NCBI GenBank assembly: GCA_016181005.1 | Contig: JACPAE010000001.1 | Location: 90,508-154,507 of the forward strand | Origin: Candidatus Aenigmatarchaeota archaeon | GTDB lineage: Archaea; Aenigmatarchaeota; Aenigmatarchaeia; CG10238-14; SCSR01 | DNA: 64,000 bases | Direction of reading: 5' to 3' | In this document: in pieces, positions 59,085-64,000 of the stretch | Position numbering within the stretch: position 1 is the first letter of the stretch | Layout: each line of letters begins with the position of its first letter | Position numbers and translations under genes: made by a program | Notes under the pieces: generated by a model | Databases searched by the model: none | The model's input: the letters and a program-made list of their open reading frames with translations, nothing else | Told to the model about the DNA's origin: nothing

Positions 59085-59351
59085 TTACTTTTTTAAGGTA
59101 TATACTATGAGGCCGTCCTTGGCGCTGATTTTTGAGTGGGGTAATGGAAGAGGTTGTATCTTCCCGGCTTCGACAAGCTCCTGAATGTACTTGTTGACCG
59201 TATTCCAGCTGACGTCGTGGTCGGTCAGCTTTGATATCTCTTTTGAGATTGTGGATGTTGTAACTGGTGTGCTGAACGTAGTTAGTATTTGTACAATTCG
59301 GTTTTGCACTTCCCTGCGAATGTTGGGTCGCCCACGCTTCATAAAGAACAT
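59085..59351 (-). CDS. small winged-helix transcriptional regulator
   Basis: 88 aa, TISKEISKLTDHDVSWNTVNKYIQELVEAGKI wHTH pattern. The alternative overlapping frame 59077-59406 is judged spurious. Confidence 0.45.
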   Translation of the reverse strand: MFFMKRGRPNIRREVQNRIVQILTTFSTPVTTSTISKEISKLTDHDVSWNTVNKYIQELVEAGKIQPLPLPHSKISAKDGLIVYTLKK

Positions 59352-59673
59352 CTAAATATTGGCGTTGATTTTTATAAACTTTTAAACTGTTTTTCCATAT
59401 GTTCAAACTTTTCTTTATGTAGGTGTATTATGGTCAATTTAGTTTAAAAAGATAAAAGTAGGTTCAATTAATAATAACGATGTTATAATATAATTATATT
59501 ATTTATTTATTATTTATATTAAGTGCCGGCCGTTGTGATCTGGTTAAACGAACTTTTAGCTGAAGGCTTGCCTAAATGGGATGAAAAAATGCAGGTATTG
59601 GACGAAAGGCCATGGATTTTATATGAACTTCCATAATTAAGGTTAGAATGTTTCAACTTATTCTTAGGAAACC

Positions 59674-60090
59674 TCATAAAAATTTAGTCAAACCACTAAT
59701 TAGGAAAAACTTTGTGATAACAGCTCTCACAAAATTATCTTTATTTCTAACTGGAGAATAGCTTACAGGGTTCGAGTGTTTTATCTTTAATAACAGTTCA
59801 GTTTTCACCAGTCTCTCAAGACGTTTTCTAAAACCTTCCACACCTATCCTCATCTTATGAACAGTCTTCATCTCATGGTATAGTATTGGAAAGCAGTGCG
59901 GTTGGCAGTCAAATGGGTAGTCCTTTCCAGTCATGTAGAATTTACGCAGTATCTGAACATCAACGAAATCCAACCTCTCGGCAAGTTCGATTGCCAAGTT
60001 GGCGGCAGAGTTATTCTCCTCTAAGAGGGAATCTTCACGAAGCGGTGAAATAAAACTTTGTTCCATAAACAACAGCTCAGGAAATACCAT
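59674..60090 (-). CDS. hypothetical protein
   Basis: 138-aa ORF, no motif recognised. Confidence 0.3.
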   Translation of the reverse strand: MVFPELLFMEQSFISPLREDSLLEENNSAANLAIELAERLDFVDVQILRKFYMTGKDYPFDCQPHCFPILYHEMKTVHKMRIGVEGFRKRLERLVKTELLLKIKHSNPVSYSPVRNKDNFVRAVITKFFLISGLTKFL

Positions 60091-60130
60091 TTCAAGCTTG
60101 CCTTTAAAATGAATTTATATTCTGCAGAGG

Positions 60131-60814
60131 TTATATCAAGTTACTTAGTTTAACATCAACTTTGCCATCATCAACGCTCACCAAGCCGAAATATCCTTCA
60201 GGGAACCGTCCACTATTGATGACTTTTGTCCCCTTTATAATGTCAACACCACTACTTTCATGTATGTGAGCGCACACAGCAGCATCCGGCTGGTTGGCTT
60301 CTATAAATTCCCTTACAGCCAGAGAGCCGACATGGGCCCCGGTTGGAATCAGGTCTATTTTTGTGTTGAATGGAGGGACATGCGTAACCTGGATTTTAAT
60401 ATCAGCACGTTTCACTTCACCAAAAGCATTTTCCAGACCCAGCATGATTTCACCTTCAGCAGGCTCGAAGGGGGTTTTGAATGGAGTTCTCGCACCTCCA
60501 TAGCCGTAAAACCCAACACCATCAATCACCTTTCCCTCACCATGCACACTTATACTCTCCTTCTTCAGGAATTCTATCACATCTTTATCCCAGCTCCCCG
60601 GTACTGTGATAATAGGAGCGTGCAACGATTTCAGCTCCTCCAAGATTATCCTAACAATGTCAGTTCTGCTAAACCCTTTCGGTACAGCATAGTCTGTAAA
60701 ATCACCCGGGCAGACGATGGCATCAATGCTGAGCACAGACATCTTATCCAGAAACTTCATTATGGCCTCTATGTCTCCGTGGATGCATCCAAGAACTGCT
60801 ATGTTCATTGACAT
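60131..60814 (-). CDS. calcineurin-like metallophosphoesterase (MJ0936/YfcE-type)
   Basis: VLGCIHGD (motif I) and CPGDFTDY (motif II). Start placed at internal ATG 60814 (table start 60856). Confidence 0.7.
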   Translation of the reverse strand: MSMNIAVLGCIHGDIEAIMKFLDKMSVLSIDAIVCPGDFTDYAVPKGFSRTDIVRIILEELKSLHAPIITVPGSWDKDVIEFLKKESISVHGEGKVIDGVGFYGYGGARTPFKTPFEPAEGEIMLGLENAFGEVKRADIKIQVTHVPPFNTKIDLIPTGAHVGSLAVREFIEANQPDAAVCAHIHESSGVDIIKGTKVINSGRFPEGYFGLVSVDDGKVDVKLSNLI

Positions 60815-60845
60815 TAATTTTATCTTGAAAGTGAAATATTTAATC

Positions 60846-61166
60846 ATGCTGAACAAGCGGAAAGGCTACAGGGTAGAAAGGAAGATAAAGCTTCTTTTGG
60901 AGAAGCATGGATGGACAGTTGTACGTGCAGGAGCTAGCCTGGGTGTTGCCGACTTGATTTCCATCAAGAACAAAAAGTGCATCCTATTGCAGATCAAATC
61001 GACAAACAAGAACACGCTGTATTATTACGGTTATGACAGAGCCAGCTTCGAGGGGTTCCCATTCTACCTTGTGGTGGACTTTGGATACGGTAAAATAAGG
61101 GTGATGCACCCAAAGAAGGTTGTTGGTGTGACAGACGGCGTAGATTTTAACAAGTTTCTGCGCTGA
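60846..61166 (+). CDS. Hjc-like Holliday-junction resolvase (PD-(D/E)xK) with Gln at the ExK position
   Basis: KRKGYRVERK...VVRAGAS...VADLISIKNKKCILLQIKS aligns to Hjc E-D-ExK as E-D-QxK. Start is at the internal ATG of table ORF 60717-61166. Confidence 0.5.
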   Translation: MLNKRKGYRVERKIKLLLEKHGWTVVRAGASLGVADLISIKNKKCILLQIKSTNKNTLYYYGYDRASFEGFPFYLVVDFGYGKIRVMHPKKVVGVTDGVDFNKFLR

Positions 61167-61203
61167 TTAATACAACGAAAAAACAAATTTTATTCAGAGC
61201 AAA

Positions 61204-61983
61204 ATGTCAACCCGGTATTTAATCAACCCGGAGAACAGGATAGCGCTGATTACAAACTCAAATGTAATGTACGGACTGGAGAATACTACAATGCACAGCA
61301 TAGTGCAAGCGATTCCAGGTGCGCAGCGAAGGCTTCCAGTTCTCACAGAAAAGGGAAATTTGGCAGGGATACTGACGTACACGGATTTGATCAAGGCATT
61401 ATTAGGCGGCAGAGCGCCGCACTCAAGGCTCGAGTCTTTTATGACAAGGGAAGTTGTCAGTTGCGGACATGACAGTTCCGTATATGCTGTGATGAATATC
61501 CTTAGGAACTCAGGCGTTGGAGGAGTTCCTGTGCTGCGGGGCAGAAAACTTTTCGGGCTAGTGAATGAGCGCGACTTTCTAAATGTACTGGCATTAAAAC
61601 CGAACACATCAACTGTGGAGGAGATTATGACTAGAAAGCCATTTTACATAAACAGCAGTTTGCCAATCCTAGACTGCATTAAAAGCATGGCTGGAACGAA
61701 ATACAGGAGGTTTCCTGTAGTGGAGAACAAAAAGCTTGTCGGGATCGTCACCAGCTACGACGTACTTACCCATCTTAGGAAAGTGAACTTTAACATCGCG
61801 GAACTGAGCGACCCTGTGAGGGCGGTGGCAAAGCCGGCGATTACTCTTTCTAAAGGCGATGATGCCGCGGAAGCTATCAGGATCATGAAAGAAAATTCAA
61901 TAGGCGGCATTCCGGTTGTCGAAGATGGAAGGCTGGAAGGAATCGTCACGGAATACGATTTTATCAGAAAAGTTAGTGTCTAG
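61204..61983 (+). CDS. CBS-domain protein (two CBS pairs)
   Basis: Four CBS repeats (e.g. VSCGHDSSVYAVMNILRNSGVGGVPVL). Confidence 0.85.
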   Translation: MSTRYLINPENRIALITNSNVMYGLENTTMHSIVQAIPGAQRRLPVLTEKGNLAGILTYTDLIKALLGGRAPHSRLESFMTREVVSCGHDSSVYAVMNILRNSGVGGVPVLRGRKLFGLVNERDFLNVLALKPNTSTVEEIMTRKPFYINSSLPILDCIKSMAGTKYRRFPVVENKKLVGIVTSYDVLTHLRKVNFNIAELSDPVRAVAKPAITLSKGDDAAEAIRIMKENSIGGIPVVEDGRLEGIVTEYDFIRKVSV

Positions 61984-62510
61984 CGAAGGTATGAAATATG
62001 GAGTTTGGAGTAAGATGGTGCACCGCTTCCGAGAATGCTCTTAAAAAGGCACACTTCATCCACAGGCATCGACATGCCGCTACTTTCTATCTTTTCCAAG
62101 CCATCTTTAAACACTGCCTTGTCTATAACCTTTCTCACACGGCATATCGTCAAATGCGGCGGTTTGCTATCGCCGTCGATGGCCGACGCCAAATCCAGGC
62201 GTAATTTCTCCAGATCGTGGCTGTCGAGCGACAGGGCTATGACCTTTACATAATCATCGCTTGGTATGGCAACGATTTTCTCAATAGCGACCTCAAACTT
62301 TTCACGGGTTCCCACAACATCGTCCATAACTTTAGATATCTCTGGAATCTTCATCTCCGGAATCTCTCCGAGGAAGGACAATGTTATGTGGAGGTTTTCT
62401 GGTTCGACGAACTTTGCTTCAATCGGCAGTTGTTCAATCGCTCTCTTAAGTGTGTTAACATGTCGCACCACATTTTCAGGCAGAGAAATCCCGATAAAAC
62501 ACCTGACCAT
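61980..62510 (-). CDS. thpR: RNA 2',3'-cyclic phosphodiesterase / 2'-5' RNA ligase (2H family, LigT/ThpR)
   Basis: Two HxT/SxT motifs: LHITLSFLGE and PHLTICRV. Confidence 0.85.
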   Translation of the reverse strand: MVRCFIGISLPENVVRHVNTLKRAIEQLPIEAKFVEPENLHITLSFLGEIPEMKIPEISKVMDDVVGTREKFEVAIEKIVAIPSDDYVKVIALSLDSHDLEKLRLDLASAIDGDSKPPHLTICRVRKVIDKAVFKDGLEKIESSGMSMPVDEVCLFKSILGSGAPSYSKLHISYLR

Positions 62511-62552
62511 AATCTTTATTAAATTATTCTACGAATAATATAGTAGAGTTAT

Positions 62553-62816
62553 ATGGGAGAAGTCAAGATAAGAGCTGGGGATATTGTAGGAAAGACAATA
62601 ATAAGCGAAGAGACTGGAAGGAAGTTCGGAATTGTCACCAACATCGATTTTATAACTGACAGCGGGGAGCTGTTGAACATTGTCGTAGACCAGCCTACAA
62701 GGCACCTGTCAGAGATGAACCTGAAATCGGACGACGCTGGAAAGCTCTTGATTCCGTTCACTGCAGTCAAGTCAGTCGGAGACTTTATAATCATAAGCGA
62801 AAGCGAGCTCATTTAA
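62553..62816 (+). CDS. PRC-barrel domain protein
   Basis: 87 aa with GKTIISEETGRKFGIVTNIDFITDSGELLNIVV pattern. Confidence 0.55.
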   Translation: MGEVKIRAGDIVGKTIISEETGRKFGIVTNIDFITDSGELLNIVVDQPTRHLSEMNLKSDDAGKLLIPFTAVKSVGDFIIISESELI

Positions 62817-63786
62817 GCCAGGGAATTTCAACCTCGTCTGTTCTCCAATTTTGAAGCACACCACTATTCTCTATAGCAACCTTTTGTCCAGAGCCATATG
62901 CTAGAATACCGTTCCATGCTATCATTAACCCATTATCGCCTGCGTACTCTTTAGGGACTACATGCATCTCGGCATTTCTTTCATCGCACATAATTTTCAT
63001 TATTTCCTGCAGCCTTTTGTTTGCAGCTACCCCACCGACAAGAAGAACCTCTTTTTTATTCGTATGAGCTAAAGCTCTTTCCGTAACTTCTGTTAACATA
63101 GAAAAACAAGTTTCTTGCATAGAATACGCAATTGCCTCTTTACTAACACCTTCTTTAAACTTTTCTATCGCGTCAGTCATTATTCCAGTGAATGATATAT
63201 CCATCCCTTTCACCACATAAGGCAATTGTACAAAGTCGCCATTCCTTGCAAGTATTTCTATTTCCGGTCCACCAGGCATTTGCAAACCCATTTCACGTGC
63301 AAGAACGTCTAAAGCGTTGCCTATTGGGATGTCGAGCGTCTCGCCAAAGACCCTGTATTTTCCATTAGCATAAGCCAAAATCTGCGAGTTCCCGCCAGAA
63401 AGATAAACCACCACTGGATCAGTCGCACCGGTCTTTACCTTTCCTATCTCTATGTGCGCCACGCCATGATTGACTCCAATTAATGGTTTGCCCCACTTTA
63501 ATGATAAATATCTTGCCAGTGTAGCCCCTACTTTTAATGCATTCGGTATTCCCATACCTTGTGAAAATGCTATGACGTCGACACTGTTTAAATCAACCTT
63601 TTCTTTAACAAAGCCAAGTAGCTGTGGTGCAATTGCTATGTGATGGTCAGCAAGATCGCTTGGAATAAAGCCTTTGCCTATCGTGGGTGTGAACATGTCT
63701 TTAACGTTCACTAGCACTTCACACTTGCCGTCAACTACACCTATGCCAATTGTGTGTGCAGTTGCCTCCAAACCAAAGGATATCAT
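62809..63786 (-). CDS. kae1: tRNA N6-threonylcarbamoyladenosine synthase Kae1 (KEOPS catalytic subunit)
   Basis: GLEATAHTIGIGVV and GVNHGVAHIE (His metal site), ASKH-fold, 325 aa. Confidence 0.95.
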   Translation of the reverse strand: MISFGLEATAHTIGIGVVDGKCEVLVNVKDMFTPTIGKGFIPSDLADHHIAIAPQLLGFVKEKVDLNSVDVIAFSQGMGIPNALKVGATLARYLSLKWGKPLIGVNHGVAHIEIGKVKTGATDPVVVYLSGGNSQILAYANGKYRVFGETLDIPIGNALDVLAREMGLQMPGGPEIEILARNGDFVQLPYVVKGMDISFTGIMTDAIEKFKEGVSKEAIAYSMQETCFSMLTEVTERALAHTNKKEVLLVGGVAANKRLQEIMKIMCDERNAEMHVVPKEYAGDNGLMIAWNGILAYGSGQKVAIENSGVLQNWRTDEVEIPWLK

Positions 63787-63829
63787 ACAACCACTATAAA
63801 ACAGAAATATTATAAATAGCTATTCTATT

Positions 63830-64000
63830 CATGCTCGTCGAAGATCTGGCAAGGTACGGGATTCCCGAAAAGTACATAGAGAAGATGAAGGAGGAGAAGG
63901 TCAGGACATTGTATCCTCCTCAGGCACAGATAGTTGAGAAGGGGCTGTTCAAAGGAAAGAACCTTATATTGTCCTTACCGACGGCGAGCGGCAAGACTCT
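63830..64000 (+). CDS. Hel308/Ski2-like helicase, N-terminal fragment (runs off window end)
   Basis: MLVEDLARYGIPEKYIEKMKEEKVRTLYPPQAQIVEKGLFKGKNLILSLPTASGKT, i.e. a Q-motif plus Walker A. Confidence 0.6.

Noticed and set aside
59077-59406. 109-aa ORF overlapping the wHTH gene in another frame
   Set aside because: Composition is His/Gln/Asn-rich and not protein-like. The 88-aa frame gives a convincing winged-helix pattern.
1-64000. CRISPR arrays, rRNA genes, IS elements
   Set aside because: No regularly spaced direct repeats, no rRNA-like conserved stretches, and no transposase-like ORFs were seen on reading both strands.

Overview
This window reads as a chromosomal segment of an archaeon, probably Thaumarchaeota/Nitrososphaerota-like; the taxon is an inference. 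The evidence is eukaryote-like RPA, RadA, an archaeal histone, ribosomal proteins S3Ae and S15, a Kae1 gene with a separately encoded Bud32 kinase gene, AglB/STT3, family-B DNA polymerase, leaderless TATA-proximal starts, and moderate GC.

Layout from 5' to 3':
- (i) A type-IV-pilus/archaellum-like assembly locus (1-4.5 kb): FlaJ/TadC-like platform running off the window start, a candidate class-III-signal pilin, and a long FlaI/VirB11-type ATPase.
- (ii) A block of coiled-coil and small paralogous membrane proteins, a DUF4157-like HExxH zincin, diphthine synthase, two glycine-rich hypothetical proteins, and Trm5.
- (iii) A tRNA-Leu(CAG) gene at 11711-11796, followed by a visibly AT-richer ~6.6 kb defence island. 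It carries an RHH micro-gene, an HTH-ImmA/IrrE peptidase with a DUF4411 PIN-like gene, a Dcm C5-methyltransferase with a cysteine-rich candidate endonuclease and Vsr, and a DGQHR (DndB-like) protein with an unknown partner. The last pair is a candidate undescribed two-gene defence module.
- (iv) A core block: S2P protease, S3Ae, S15, Bud32, RadA, RPA, histone.
- (v) A ~30 kb surface-glycan / N-glycosylation island from AglB to an Alg14/Alg13-like split glycosyltransferase. It encodes GT2/GT4/GT39 enzymes, a flippase, a GPT/AglH-like phosphotransferase, and a full set of dTDP-deoxysugar enzymes (RmlB, RmlC, a 2,3-dehydratase-like protein, Gfo/Idh/MocA reductases, a TylC3-like C-methyltransferase) suggestive of a branched 2,6-dideoxysugar. 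It also has a tight operon of thiolase, a DUF35-3-hydroxyacyl-CoA dehydrogenase fusion, a hexapeptide acyltransferase and a DegT aminotransferase, predicted to make an N-(3-hydroxybutanoyl) amino sugar.
- (vi) A replication/repair block. PolB carries a C-terminal Cys4 extension. Immediately upstream is a DP1-like protein whose phosphoesterase motifs are degenerate, giving a eukaryote-like catalytic-subunit / B-subunit arrangement. Also here: a wHTH regulator, a metallophosphoesterase, an Hjc-like resolvase, a CBS protein, 2'-5' RNA ligase, a PRC-barrel protein, Kae1, and the start of a Hel308-like helicase.

No CRISPR array, rRNA, integrase or transposase was seen. ORF starts are approximate because several table ORFs begin with GTG/TTG.
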